Assembly (NCBI GenBank): GCA_963787125.1
Contig: CAWBBV010000006.1
Coordinates: 220,725 to 284,724 of the forward strand
Direction: 5' to 3'
Length of the DNA stretch: 64,000 bases
Source: an uncultured delta proteobacterium
GTDB lineage: Bacteria; Desulfobacterota; Desulfuromonadia; Geobacterales; DSM-12255
Below the pieces are notes generated by a model, which was not told the DNA's origin, ran no database searches, and saw only the letters and a program-made list of their open reading frames with translations. How positions within the stretch are numbered: the stretch's first letter is position 1; the number at the start of each line of letters is the position of its first letter. A program made the position numbers and the translations under genes. Below are positions 41,972-53,497 of the stretch, in pieces.

Positions 41972-44620
41972 TTTTGCTCCAGCGCGGCCACGCGCGTGAG
42001 AAACTCCTCGGAGAAAATATCAAGCCTCGCATCTTCCAGTCCAGCCGCCGCAAAGAGGTCGATCACTTCCCCGGCGTTCACGGCTCCGCCGATAACTTGC
42101 CGAACTGCTGCGTTGATATCGGAATTCCCCGCCGCAGGCGCGCCCGTTCCGCGTTCGTCCGCCAGCCGCTTGCGAATCATCGCCTGAATTCGCTGAAAAA
42201 AAGCCAGATGCGGGGTAATAGCTTCTGCTTCGGAAAGCGGCACAACGAGGGCAAAGGCCATCGACAGTTCCTTCACCATCGCCCGAAACCTTTTCCAGCC
42301 ATCGTCCTGAGCGAAGACATGATTCGCGGCATCGGCATAAACCTTCAGTACCGACGTCGGCGCGGCATTCAGTGCCAGGTCATAATCAAAGTCATGGAAG
42401 AAAGCCTGCAATTTCTCGAAAGCGCCATTCATTGCCGGTACGGCTTCGTCCTGAACTTTCTTAACGGCATCACCCCGCCCGCCAGCTTGCGTATAGGTCG
42501 CCAGGGCGTCGGCCAGTTGGTCCGCCAACCCCAGCAAATCCACCACCAACCCGCCAGGCTTTTCGCCGTAAACCCGGTTCACTCTGGCAATGGCCTGCAT
42601 CAGGCTATGCCCAGCCAGCGCCTTGTCCAAATACATCGTGTGCATAGGCGGGCAGTCGAAACCGGTCAACCACATGTCGCAAACGATTACCAGCCGGAGA
42701 TCGCTGGCCGGATCCTTATATCGTTCAGCCAGCCGCTTGCGCGCCGCTTTGGTTCTCCCGTGGTAGCGAATCGGTTCAATGAGTGGTTCGATTCTCTTCT
42801 GGTAGGCATCATCACTCTCTCCTCGCCGCTGTGGCGGAATGCCAGCATCCATCACTACCTTGACGAAACCGAGGTTGTCATCGTCAGAATGCCATTCCGG
42901 ACGGAGTGCCACTATCTTCGCGTACAGTTCCATGCAAATTTCGCGACTCATGGTCACGACCATCGCCTTCCCTTCCATCGCCTCCCCTGCGCTTTTCCCA
43001 GTGCTCCGCGATGAACTCAGCCTCGCGCTCGATTCGCTCCGGAGCCCCCACCAACGCCTCCAGCGGCACTCGCACCGATTCGTCCAGGTCCTCACCCGTG
43101 TCCGACGCCTTGGCTGCCGAGTCCAATTCGGCCTCGGCGACTGCGGCGCCCGCTTCGTTCACCAGCAGCTTGATAATCCGCGACTCGTAGTAGATAGGCT
43201 TGGTAGCGCCGTCCTCCACCGCCTGCCGAATATCATAAATATCGGCGTATTCACCGAACACGCGCGGCGTGCTCCGGTCGTCGCGGTCCAGCGGCGTACC
43301 CGTGAAACCCACGAACGTTGCGTTAGGCAGCGCCTCGCGCATCCAGCGCGCGCCGCCTTCAGTAAAGCCGTACTGGCTACGGTGCGCTTCGTCGGCCATC
43401 ACCACCACATTTGCCCGTTCACTGATGACGCCGTGCTCTTCGGTGAACTTGTAGATAGTTGTGAAGATCACCCCGCCCGAGGCGCGATCCAACAATTCCT
43501 GTAGATGCGCCCGGCTCTCCGCCTGCAGGGGGGCTTGCCGTAGCAGCGCCCGCCCGCCTGCGAAGGTGCTGAAAAGCTGGTCATCCAGGTCGTTGCGATC
43601 CGTCACCATGACGATAGTCGGGTTGGCCATTGCCGATTCGCGAACCAGTGCCCCCGCCAGCATCAGCATCGTGAGGCTTTTGCCCGAACCTTGCGTGTGC
43701 CATACCACGCCGCCCTTGCCGGCCTCCGTCGTCGTGTTCACACCCGCCGGAGGCTTCAACGCCGCCAACACATGTGCACGGGTTTCGCGCACGGCGCGGA
43801 ACTGATGATAGCCCGCCACTTTCTTTGACACGTTCCCGCGTTCGTCTTCCTCGAACACCACGCAGGTGCGCAGATAGTCCAGCAGTGCCGACGGCGCGAA
43901 CAGCCCATGGATCAGAGCGTCCAGCGTTGGATCGCCGCCAGTCGCCGGACGCCAGGGCATGAAGCGTTGCCGCCCGCTCGTGATCGAACCAACCCGCGTC
44001 AGCAGACCATCACTCGCCACCAACATCATGTTTGCTACAAAGAGGTCCGGGCTGACGCGCATGTACCGCCCCAATTGATCAATCGCCTTCCACAGGTCCG
44101 CCGTCTCGTCTGTCGGGTCCTTCAGCTCAATCACTACCAGCGGCAGGCCGTTCAGGTACACGGTTAAATCTGGGTAGATCGGTTTTCCGTTAGCAGTAAG
44201 GACTCTCAGCTGACGCACTATCAGGAAGTCGTTGTTGGCCGGGTTGTCGAAATCCACCAACCGCGCCCGCCCACCCCGGTTTTCGCCCGTCGAGGTGTCG
44301 CGGTATTCCACCTCCACACCGTCAGTCAGCTGGCCATACAACCAGCGGTTGTTCTCGATCAGTGTCGGGTGCGGTGGACGCTGAACAGTTCGTACAACCA
44401 GTTCGATGGTGTCAGGTGGCAGCGCGGGATTTAATTTGCGGACAGCTGAAGTAAGACGCTTCGCAAGCAGGACGGTATCCGGCCCGGTTCTTTCGCCCGC
44501 GTCGTCCACCTCAATACCGCTCAGGTTGGCAAACCCATGTCCACCGAAAGAACTGGCGGCACCATATTCCACTGTTGCTTCACTGACCCTGCACTCGTGA
44601 AGATTCATTGAACGATCCAT
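41972..44620 (-). pseudogene. hsdR: Type I restriction subunit HsdR, 5' part (interrupted by the Mu-like element; also +1 G at ~42984-42987)
   Basis: [54 protein letters not shown]. Confidence 0.93.
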
Positions 44621-44664
44621 CCTGTCAGCATTGTCCTTGTAAATTCTCCGTCGTCACATTCAAA

Positions 44665-44745
44665 AGCAAACCCCCTCAATCCCCTTTGCAAAGGAGAAGG
44701 CTTGAAAGTCCCCCCCTTTTTGAAAGAGGTTTAGGGGGGATTTGC
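44665..44745. repeat. REP-like intergenic palindromic element
   Basis: AAACCCCCTCAATCCCCTTTGCAAAGGAG...CCCCCCCTTTTTGAAAGAGGTTTAGGGGGGATTT; nested imperfect hairpins. Confidence 0.5.
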
Positions 44746-44788
44746 TGCTTTCATCCAATCGAACTATTAAGTGGTACTTAATAGTTGC

Positions 44789-46443
44789 CTACTCCGACAC
44801 CCGCACCTCACCGCTCAGCAGCTTCGGCAGCAGATAATCGCGCAGTTTTTCGAGGGACTGGGATTCCCTGATGTTTGCAGCGAGTTTGTCGAAAAGTGGC
44901 TCGACAACCGCTGTGAAGGATTCGAGAACCGGCTTTGTCGGCACGCACAACTTGATCGGTCGAAAAGCGGTCTTGCTAATCTCCGGGAATGTCGTTCCAC
45001 TCGCGCGGTTCTTGATTTCATCCATAACCGACTTTGTCCAGTGAAAGACATAGAGCGGGGGCAGCGGACCGTCGCAGACCATGGCAATGAAGCCCTGGTT
45101 GATCGCTGTGGGTACACCCGAAAGGACGAGATAGCCTACCGGTGCGCGCGACGACAAGAGAACAGTTCCAACGGGAAGGAGGCCGGAACTGATTTTTGCC
45201 ACTCCCTTGTCAGTAATCTTTCGTGCAGTAGTTAGTAGAATGTGATCTTTCATTCCGGAAAGGTCTTTGGGAGTTAGCCAGCAATGAGTGCCATTTTCCC
45301 AATACTCCCCAACTGTTGTGCTGGGTGTGCCACCGCCCCGCACGCTCACGTTATCGCCAATGCTCCCAACATCCCACCCTTCCGGCACCGGCCCCAGTTC
45401 CGACTCGAGGAGACGAGTGGGAAGGCCGTCGAAGGCATCCTGGGGCATACCTGGAAAGGAGCGCGCTCCGGCGGCCTTGGCCTTCACCGGCTCGAAATCC
45501 ACGAACCACGCCCGGAATATCGCCCTTGCTAACGCCTCCAGCGCCCGGCTCGTCCGGCGATTCGACTCAATTTTTTCGTCCAACGAGCCCAAGACTGCTG
45601 CGATGGCGCGTTGTTCGGGAAGGGGGGGAGAGAAATAGGGAAACTCCTCAAATATGCGATATTAGTTTTGGGAACCCCAGTTGACTCAGAGTCTTGGATG
45701 ATTTTCTTAACATTCTCAGGTGCAGACACAAAATAATACACGAATAACGGATCTGCCAAATCTCTATTAACTGTCAATTTCATTTGGTTAGATGAGAGCA
45801 GAAATAGACTGTATTTCCCTCCACTTGGCACCAATCCTGTTTGTCCAAGTGTACCTTTCTTTGTAAAAATAATATCATCTGGACGACAAAGACTTCGCTC
45901 AATTTGTTGTGCAGTCTTTTCGGAAACATAAACAAATTCATCAGCACGAAACCTAGTGATACCTAGGCTTAGGTTGGAACCACGAATAACGGGAATGCCG
46001 TGATCTGTGTAGAGAGTGGCTGGGAGGTTAGAACCAAACGGTCCATCTACAAGGCCATAGCCATGTTTGTCGGCGATTGTGCCAAGAGTACAGAGTTTCC
46101 ATTCTTCCGCCATACCTAACCTTACGTCCGTTTGTTTGGCTTCTTGCAAAACCACATATTCCCTACGGATAATCTCCCGAAAACGTTCCGGCACTTCATC
46201 CCAGACGTGGAGGTCAACAAGGAAGGGGATGGCGCTGCTCTCGGCAAGCTCATCTTTCAGTTCGGAGACAAGCGGGCGTTGCTCCGGCGTGGTGAAGGCA
46301 ACCAGATCCAGGTCGGAGTTGGGGCGGGCGGTCCATTTTACGCGGGAGCCATAGGCCCACACAGCGACGCCCGGAATATAGCGGCGCAAGAGTGCAAGAA
46401 GCGCTTTCCGCTGCTCCTTAGTGATGTCGATAGCAACGGTCAT
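44789..46443 (-). CDS. hsdS: HsdS with N-terminal MNT nucleotidyltransferase fusion; frameshift in the G7 tract at 45622-45628
   Basis: YGSRVKWTARPNSDLDL (GSx10DxD); TRD1 DGPFGS...; one added C restores LPPLPEQRAIAAVLGSLDEKIE; TRD2 GGGTPST; LRDYLLPKLLSGE. Confidence 0.88.
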
Positions 46444-46862
46444 TCCCAGGTGGCTCCGGTCATAACTTGATAGAGGCCGATGGCATCATCGATAAAGTCT
46501 CCGACAATCAAAAGCGTTTCCGCCGCTTTCTCTCCGCTGTAATCATGGGCAGTGCTGGTTCGGGCGTCCGCGTATTTCAGCCACTGTTCCACGGAGGATA
46601 CGAACAAATCATTCTGTCCGGCCAGCTTCAGAATCGGTTTCGGGCTATTGGGGACATCAGCCAAACCGGTTTCTTCAATGAGGTACCGTTTCAGGTCTTT
46701 CCACAGGGTGTCATAGCAGGTCTCAAAGCGCTGGATAACGGACTCGGCAATCCCCTCACGGTCAAGATCGGTGAGTTCAGGACGATCCTGAGCAAAATTG
46801 TAATTTGCAAATTGCAGCTCCAGATGTTTGAGCGATTTTTGAAGTTTATCGTAATCGATCAT
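46440..46862 (-). CDS. HEPN-family protein (HI0074-like nucleotidyltransferase substrate-binding protein)
   Basis: [21 protein letters not shown] (Rx4H-xY); overlaps hsdM and MNT-hsdS by 4 nt each. Confidence 0.85.
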   Translation of the reverse strand: MIDYDKLQKSLKHLELQFANYNFAQDRPELTDLDREGIAESVIQRFETCYDTLWKDLKRYLIEETGLADVPNSPKPILKLAGQNDLFVSSVEQWLKYADARTSTAHDYSGEKAAETLLIVGDFIDDAIGLYQVMTGATWE

Positions 46863-48532
46863 GGTCTGCCTCCCGTTTGCAGCAGTTTCAGGCTGCTTCT
46901 CACCACCGCCGTCAACCGCTCCCCCTCCGTCAACTCCTCCTCCAACTCCGCCAGCAACCGTGGGTACTTCACCTCGAACGGCTCGCCGTCGTCTTCCACT
47001 TCCTCTGCGCCAACATAGCGGCCGGGCGTCAGGACAAAGGCGTGCTTTTCAATCTCCGCCAGCGACGCCGCTTTACAAAAACCGGGTACGTCGGCATAGG
47101 CCCAGGGGCCGTGCTGTGCCTCGTCCCACTCGGCAGGCTGCGGCTCCCCGCGCCAGCGGCGGAAGGCATAGACGATACGTCCGGTGTCGGAATCGGGGGG
47201 CGGTTCACCTTCAACATCGCCGGAGAGTACGCGCAGGGTGCGCGTTTCCAGCGTCCCCATCTTGCGAGCGTCGATGAAAAGCGTCTCCCCTTTGCGTCCG
47301 CCTGGGCGTCCGGAAGCGCCGTTTTTGAGATTCTTGCCGGTCTTGTCGCGAGTCAGGAACCAGAGGCATACCGGAATGCCGGTGGTGTAGAAGAGTTGCG
47401 CGGGGAGTGCCACGATGGCGTCAACCAAGTCGGCTTCTACGATACGTTGGCGGATTTCACCTTCGCCACCGCTGTTGCTGGAGAGGGAACCGTTGGCCAT
47501 GACGAAGCCTGCCACGCCGCCGCCACGACCGTTGGGCGGGGCCAGGTGATGGATGAAGTGCTGAATCCAGGCGTAGTTCGCATTGCCGACGGGCGGGTCG
47601 CCGTAGGTCCAGCGGCGGTCGCCACGCAGCAGGTTCCCTGACCAGTCACTGACATTGAAGGGCGGATTAGCGAGAATATAGTCGGCCTTCAGGTCAGGGT
47701 GCTGGTCGCGCAGAAATGTGTCGGCATGCTGTTGGCCGAGATTGGCCTCAATGCCACGAATGGCAAGGTTCATATGTGCCAGCCGCCACGTCATGGGGTT
47801 GGATTCCTGGCCGAAGATGGAGATGTCGGTTTTCTGGCCGTCGTGAGCGGCCACAAATTTTTCCGACTGAATGAACATGCCACCCGACCCGCAGCACGGG
47901 TCATAGACGCGGCCGTTGTAGGGTTCGAGCATTTCAACCAACAGGCGGACGACGCCGCGTGGAGTGTAGAACTCGCCGCCCAGCTTGCCTTCGGCGGCAG
48001 CAAACTTGCCAAGAAAGTATTCATATACTCGGCCTAACGTATCGCTGGCCTTGGCGCGGTCACCTTTGAACCCAATGTCGGAGACGAGATTGATCAGGCC
48101 ACCGAGCTTGTCCGACGGAATACCGCGCCGGGCATAGTCGCGCGGGAGTTTGCCCTTCAGGTTCGGGTTGTCGCGCTCGACGGCAAGGATGGCGTCATCC
48201 AGCAGTGTGGCGATATTGGGCTGAACAGCCTGGGCGCGCAGGTTCGGCCAGCGCGATTCCGGCGGTATCCAGAAGACATGTTCGGCGGTGTATTCGTCAC
48301 GGCTTTCGAGGAGTAGTTCGATCTGATCGGCAGCAATGCCGTCCCTCTCCAACTCGGCCTGCAGCGCCTCCCGGCGGGACTCGAAGGCATCGGAAACATA
48401 CTTGAGAAAGAGCAGGCCAAGAACTACGTGTTTATACTCGGCGGCGTCCACCGTCCCGCGCAGCTTGTCAGCGGCGGCCCAAAGAGTGTCTTCAAAGCCG
48501 ATACCTGTTTCGTTTGCTTCCGGTTTAGCCAT
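46859..48532 (-). CDS. hsdM: Type I methyltransferase HsdM
   Basis: [40 protein letters not shown]. Confidence 0.95.
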   Translation of the reverse strand: MAKPEANETGIGFEDTLWAAADKLRGTVDAAEYKHVVLGLLFLKYVSDAFESRREALQAELERDGIAADQIELLLESRDEYTAEHVFWIPPESRWPNLRAQAVQPNIATLLDDAILAVERDNPNLKGKLPRDYARRGIPSDKLGGLINLVSDIGFKGDRAKASDTLGRVYEYFLGKFAAAEGKLGGEFYTPRGVVRLLVEMLEPYNGRVYDPCCGSGGMFIQSEKFVAAHDGQKTDISIFGQESNPMTWRLAHMNLAIRGIEANLGQQHADTFLRDQHPDLKADYILANPPFNVSDWSGNLLRGDRRWTYGDPPVGNANYAWIQHFIHHLAPPNGRGGGVAGFVMANGSLSSNSGGEGEIRQRIVEADLVDAIVALPAQLFYTTGIPVCLWFLTRDKTGKNLKNGASGRPGGRKGETLFIDARKMGTLETRTLRVLSGDVEGEPPPDSDTGRIVYAFRRWRGEPQPAEWDEAQHGPWAYADVPGFCKAASLAEIEKHAFVLTPGRYVGAEEVEDDGEPFEVKYPRLLAELEEELTEGERLTAVVRSSLKLLQTGGRP

Positions 48533-48907
48533 TATTCCTCCATGGGTGCTTTAGCACTCATAAAATAAAACTCCATCTAAATGGAGAGTGTTTTTTGCTT
48601 ACTTGCAAAGGCGAGGTATGCCATTGAAGGTCTGCTCCAGGCGAATCTGCGTCAACAGTTCCTACTTGGTGTCCCCTTGGGAAACGGAGCGGACGGTTCA
48701 TTTGTCACCGGCATTTGCATTTTGCACAAGATTAAAACTGCTTGGGTATAACATGTGTAGACGCGGTACGAAAGGAATTTTGTATGAAGGATGGAGCTAT
48801 TCTGACCGGCTTACACCAGGCAGATCAAAACTGGCGAGATTATCTGCTCATCCTGTAATTGACAATTTCAAAGTAGACTTCAACTTTTCAGCTCCCCTCC
48901 CTGTTAG

Positions 48908-48941
48908 AAAAAAAGGGGCCACAGCCTCAAGCTGTAACCCC
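48908..48941 (-). terminator. Rho-independent terminator after the Tim44-like gene
   Basis: Minus strand GGGGTTACAGC-TTGAG-GCTGTGGCCCC followed by T7. Confidence 0.7.
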
Positions 48942-48969
48942 CATCAGTCCCATAATGAGCCAAAACTGC

Positions 48970-49935
48970 TTACTTCTGATCGATACCGCTAAGTTTCCAT
49001 GGACCGCTCCCCACGGGACGGGTGAAGGTCCAGAACTCCTCGAACTTTACCGGCTCTGTCTTGCTACCGGAAACCACCTGGCCGCTGGTATCGTCGGTGG
49101 TGTAGTCAAGCAGATTGGCATAAATCAGGGCAGTGATGTAATCCTGACCCTGCTCCTGCCATGCTTCGGAAATCTCGACAGAGCGCACCGCAATATTCTC
49201 CAGCCGGTTCACCCTCTTTTCACTGAGAAGTCTGTCGATATCAGTCTGGAAGGTTCGGCGCATTTCCTCCGCCAAAAGGGAATTGACCGGGGCAAGATCG
49301 CGATTCATCCAGGCACCCTGAATCTTGAAAAAGATATCCATGACCTGATCGGTGAACCGGCCTTCGTCGAAACCGGCATCCATCTGGCGGATGCTTGTCA
49401 GCCCCATATTCAGATCATCCTGAGTGGAAATCTGGGCATTTTGCGGGGTGATGTCATAAACAGGAGGCTGTGAAGAATAGCTGTTATATCCACCCTGCTC
49501 GGCTGCCTGGCGTCTTGATTTAATATAGCGATAAATCAGGTAACCAATACCGGCAAGAAGCAGAATTTCGAACAGGCCGATACCACCACCGCCGCCACCC
49601 ATACCGCCACCGCCGCCAAACCCCATACTTCTGAAGAGCATACCGCCGAGCATGCCACCTACCAGACCGCCTGCCATGCTCCGGAGGAAACCGCCGCCTG
49701 CCGGTTGTGGCTGCGCAAATGGTGGCGGGCTTACCGGACGCGCCTGCTGCGGGGCAGCTTTATAAGGACTCGGTGCGGTAGACGGTGATGCCGGTTGCGA
49801 GTAGCTGCGGGTACCACGACTGCCCATTGATCGACCGCCACCGGCCCGAGCTTCCGCTTCAGCCGCCATGAAGCCTCCTGCTGTCAAAGAGACCAGTAAC
49901 GCCGCGCAACTCCATAAAGCAATTTTTCTCAGCAT
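48970..49935 (-). CDS. Tim44-domain protein
   Basis: ARAGGGRSMGSRG, Gly-rich TM region, FFKIQGAW..RDL, EEFWTFTR...W.LSGI.Q. Confidence 0.88.
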   Translation of the reverse strand: MLRKIALWSCAALLVSLTAGGFMAAEAEARAGGGRSMGSRGTRSYSQPASPSTAPSPYKAAPQQARPVSPPPFAQPQPAGGGFLRSMAGGLVGGMLGGMLFRSMGFGGGGGMGGGGGGIGLFEILLLAGIGYLIYRYIKSRRQAAEQGGYNSYSSQPPVYDITPQNAQISTQDDLNMGLTSIRQMDAGFDEGRFTDQVMDIFFKIQGAWMNRDLAPVNSLLAEEMRRTFQTDIDRLLSEKRVNRLENIAVRSVEISEAWQEQGQDYITALIYANLLDYTTDDTSGQVVSGSKTEPVKFEEFWTFTRPVGSGPWKLSGIDQK

Positions 49936-50010
49936 ATTTTCCCCTCATATAATCTTTGTTGTAGTTGGCCTTAGCGGCCTGAATATTACCATAGTAATCA
50001 TTGTCTCCAT

Positions 50011-50037
50011 AAAAAAAAGGGGCCCAGGGCCCCTTTT
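50011..50037 (-). terminator. Terminator after fba
   Basis: A8-GGGGCCC-A-GGGCCCC-TTTT. Confidence 0.65.
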
Positions 50038-50069
50038 CAATAAACAGTGATATTTTTCCGCAAGTGCCC

Positions 50070-51350
50070 TTAATCGTCAAAATTGCCGGTTGGGCCTTTA
50101 TCGCCATCAAGCGTCTTGGCCCGCTCGATAAGCAGCGCTTCGGTCCAATGGGCAGGATCTTCCAGCTGGCTCCCTTTTGCGCCAAGATCATAAGAATTGG
50201 CCTTGAGGATGGCAGCAATCGCCAGGGGGGCGGTGTCTTTGGCGTTGAACACTTCCATAAACATCTTGTAGGCAAAAGCTTCGACCCTTTTAGCCATTCG
50301 CTCGCGAATCGCAGCCGGCTGGGCAAGCAGTCTGTTTTCAAAGGGGAGATTAAGGCTCTTGTAGTCGCCCTTCTTCCACCCTTTTTCATTGGCATAGGCA
50401 ACCATCTCCGCCCACATCTCCTCGGTCATCCCTTCGCCCTTCACCTTGATGAGATTGCCGTCGGCATCAAGCTGGGCATTGCCGTAATCATTGACCTCAA
50501 GACCCCAGGAGATCATCTGCAGCGCGGTGGCGACATTGGCTTTGGTGGTGGCAGTCAGATCGGCAATCTCCCGCAGCCGCTCGGAGCTGTTGCCGGAAGT
50601 GCCGTGCTGAGCGCCGTTGACCTTGTATGTTGCCAGCGCCTTGTGAATATCAGCGGTCAAGCCGACCTGAATCCCGGCATCCGACGCTTCGAGACCGTGA
50701 GTCGTGCCGTTATTGAGCGCAATCCAGTCAGGGAAGATATCATGGGCATTCAGCCCCTGGATAAGGAATTTTGCTTCCGGAACGGTGGAGAGACCCTGAT
50801 TCCCCTTGATTTCACCGACTTCCGTTTCCAGACCCGCCCACTTGGGGATGAACTTGTTAATGGCAAGATTGGCAAGGAGATTCTTGTCATCAGGGAGATG
50901 GGAAGCGTCAATGGCAATCGATGTTATGCCCGCTTCAAACATCGTCGGGATCTCGATCTTGGCAGCTTCCAGATCAGCGTCATTTTTGATGCCGTAATGA
51001 TCGGCATGAATAGCGACCGGGACAGTTATCCCGAGTTCATTACAAAGAGCATCAACTATTCGGGCCATATTCCAGTAGTTAACCGCACAGTAGGCTTTCT
51101 GCCCGCCTTCCGACTTGGCTATTTCGATAATAACCGGGCAGTTGGCACGCTGGGCGGCCTGGAGTACACCCTTGATAACGAAGATATTACGGCCGTTGGC
51201 AGCCATGGCGATGGCTTTGCCCTTGGCAATCATGGCTCGGTCAATTACCTTGCCGCTGACAATCAGCGCCTTGGAATTCGGAAAGAGTTTCGTGATATTC
51301 GGCGGTCTCCCAATCTGGAGCGCTTTTTCAAAATCTGCAGAAAATGCCAT
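50070..51350 (-). CDS. fba: Class II fructose-bisphosphate aldolase
   Basis: IHADH, IDASH, ETEVGEI, NGTTHG, AQHGTSG, KANVAT. Confidence 0.9.
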   Translation of the reverse strand: MAFSADFEKALQIGRPPNITKLFPNSKALIVSGKVIDRAMIAKGKAIAMAANGRNIFVIKGVLQAAQRANCPVIIEIAKSEGGQKAYCAVNYWNMARIVDALCNELGITVPVAIHADHYGIKNDADLEAAKIEIPTMFEAGITSIAIDASHLPDDKNLLANLAINKFIPKWAGLETEVGEIKGNQGLSTVPEAKFLIQGLNAHDIFPDWIALNNGTTHGLEASDAGIQVGLTADIHKALATYKVNGAQHGTSGNSSERLREIADLTATTKANVATALQMISWGLEVNDYGNAQLDADGNLIKVKGEGMTEEMWAEMVAYANEKGWKKGDYKSLNLPFENRLLAQPAAIRERMAKRVEAFAYKMFMEVFNAKDTAPLAIAAILKANSYDLGAKGSQLEDPAHWTEALLIERAKTLDGDKGPTGNFDD

Positions 51351-51471
51351 CTGACTTCTCCTTTTCAACTAAAATGGTTTTAACACCTGCAAAAGCACGA
51401 TTCTTGTAACATTTTAACGGAATAAAATCAAGCCGCTTGCACCAAACACCTCCTGCTGCCTCGCCCCACGA

Positions 51472-51990
51472 TTACCGCGGCTTTCGAGGTCCGGGCGCGA
51501 AATAACGTCCCAGCTTTGCATCCAGAGCGTCGATCCAACCGGCCTTGGAGTCCGGAAAGGCATCCGCGTAGGGCACATAGGGCTTGATATCCAGAACCGG
51601 GGTGCCGTCCAGAAGATCAACACCTCGAAGGTGCAGCGTCCGGCCCTCAATCTTTACTAATTCTACCGCCGACAGGCCAATCGAATTGGGACGATGGGGT
51701 GAGCGGGTGGCCAAAACGCCTCGACTTGGTCCGCCCCGAGGCGGCTTGACACAGCTTTTCCAGCCCTGACTCAAGTGAAAGGCGAAGATTAACCAGAGTC
51801 TGTCGAAACCGCTCAGATCCTGGATGACTTTCTCGTCAAGCCAATCCGAAAGTTCTAAAGTGGCGCTGGCGAAAGCCCCGGTTTCCGTCCCTTCCACTAC
51901 CGTACTTTGATGGGGTGCATCAATGCGCCGGGAATAAGGGGATCGCAGTATGCCAATGGGGCGATAAGTGAAATGTGCGTCGTGGGTCAT
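51472..51990 (-). CDS. tsaA: tRNA (t6A37) N6-methyltransferase TrmO
   Basis: GVLATRSPHRPNSIGLS, DLLDGTPVLDIKPY. Confidence 0.92.
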   Translation of the reverse strand: MTHDAHFTYRPIGILRSPYSRRIDAPHQSTVVEGTETGAFASATLELSDWLDEKVIQDLSGFDRLWLIFAFHLSQGWKSCVKPPRGGPSRGVLATRSPHRPNSIGLSAVELVKIEGRTLHLRGVDLLDGTPVLDIKPYVPYADAFPDSKAGWIDALDAKLGRYFAPGPRKPR

Positions 51991-52143
51991 ATGAATCTGT
52001 TTTTTGTGGGGCGTTTGGGGGACATTCTATCGTCCCCAGAACCGCCGGAGGCCAACCGTTCCATTGTCCAGGCATCTATCTTCGCGTCGGCCATAACTGC
52101 ACCCCTTATCAGTCTGATGGATACGGATGAGTGTCAGGATGAC

Positions 52144-52464
52144 TCAGTTGCATTTGATTTCGCGTGTAGTCACGTTGCCATAACCGGTAGCCCAGGATTT
52201 TTCGATATACCAGCCATTAGGACACAGACCCGCATTATTGAGATAATGCGACAATAATTTGCTTGCCTCCTCTTCAGTGGTATCTGCATAAGAGTCTTGC
52301 ATCCCTTTGCTGCCGTCCGGTTTTGTATATGGTGAAAATGAATATAGCGGTTTGCGGGAAAAGCACCCGGTCAACATTCCCAGAACCACGACCAAAACAA
52401 AAATACGCACAACGATTAGTGAGGTGAAAGCCTCATAGGTAAAAGTTCTCAAATTCATGTGCAT
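52144..52464 (-). CDS. Hypothetical lipoprotein
   Basis: Hydrophobic stretch ending in an LTGC lipobox; start uncertain. Confidence 0.55.
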   Translation of the reverse strand: MHMNLRTFTYEAFTSLIVVRIFVLVVVLGMLTGCFSRKPLYSFSPYTKPDGSKGMQDSYADTTEEEASKLLSHYLNNAGLCPNGWYIEKSWATGYGNVTTREIKCN

Positions 52465-52500
52465 CCCCTAAACTTATTTCATTCAGCCCTGCAAAACCGG

Positions 52501-53208
52501 TTATTTCGCCTCGCCCGGCTTGACACATTTAACCCCGCCGCCACGCATGTCGCAGAAGATAAAACGGATCTGCTGCGCCCAGTATTCCAGTGCATCATTA
52601 GCATTGGCCCAACTGCTCCAGAGCTTGTCCACCTCTTTGCCGCCGACGCGACTGTCAAGGGCGGCGCCAAGCAGTTCGCCGGTATTGGCGTCGGTGATAA
52701 GAATTTCTACAGAGATCTCGCCCACTCCAGACTGCTTGCCGGTCGCACTATACTTTACCAGATTGAGGCCCCAGCCGACCGGAAGGAAGGTCGAAAGGGT
52801 ATTACGAACGGGCTTGGAACTATCGGCATCGGTTATCGCCATCTGAATACGCATGGCACCGGGCTCAGGTGCCAGCAACATGGTGTAATCCTTACCGAGC
52901 TCCTTGTTTAGAAATACATAAGCGTTGTAGGTAAGATTCTGATAATCCTGCAATTCGTCCTTGTCAAGTTGGCCATCCTTTCTCACCAAAACCTTGTCTA
53001 CAAATATCTTGGTGTACTGCTTTATATCTGCTTTCGGGCTGACATAGCGATAAAGAGCCTGATCATCTTTACCTTTTTTCAGGATGGTTGGATCAAACAG
53101 AGTGGCCTGTTTGATGTCAACACTCCTCGCCTGGTAACTTTCAGAGCAACCTCCGAGCAGTGCAGCCATCCCTATAATCACTGCAACAGGCATACTGAAG
53201 TGTTTCAT
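52501..53208 (-). CDS. DUF3313-like lipoprotein
   Basis: LGGC lipobox; RIQMAITD, EILITDANTGELLGAALD.R.G, A..YWA. Confidence 0.75.
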   Translation of the reverse strand: MKHFSMPVAVIIGMAALLGGCSESYQARSVDIKQATLFDPTILKKGKDDQALYRYVSPKADIKQYTKIFVDKVLVRKDGQLDKDELQDYQNLTYNAYVFLNKELGKDYTMLLAPEPGAMRIQMAITDADSSKPVRNTLSTFLPVGWGLNLVKYSATGKQSGVGEISVEILITDANTGELLGAALDSRVGGKEVDKLWSSWANANDALEYWAQQIRFIFCDMRGGGVKCVKPGEAK

Positions 53209-53497
53209 GGAATTTCTCCTTTGTATTTATGCCCGGGATGACCTTGTACATTCAATACAGGTTCCGGATAGCATGAGATCACTATCTATGTTTATAAGTA
53301 TTTTATTCAAACGTAAAGTCTACATGGTGGTCTTTAGGCTGGCATTAGTACAATCTTTGCTTATATAACAACGGCTGGCAAACCCGAAAACGGTCAACGT
53401 AAAATGACAACCCCATTTAAAAGTGAAATTTGCACTAAATAGAGGCTCACGGATTACCCATGAGCCTCTATATTAGTCGATTACATGGATTGCAGGC

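Noticed and set aside
48560..48900. 134-aa ORF upstream of hsdM
   Set aside because: No RBS or motif support; probably an island-boundary remnant and promoter region.
49580..49700. CCGCCA/CCACCG micro-repeats
   Set aside because: They encode the Gly-rich linker of the Tim44-like protein.
53370..53430. GGCAAACCCGAAAACGG resembling a GEMM (c-di-GMP/cGAMP) riboswitch
   Set aside because: Stems do not pair properly and the downstream GCAAAGC/P1 elements are missing.
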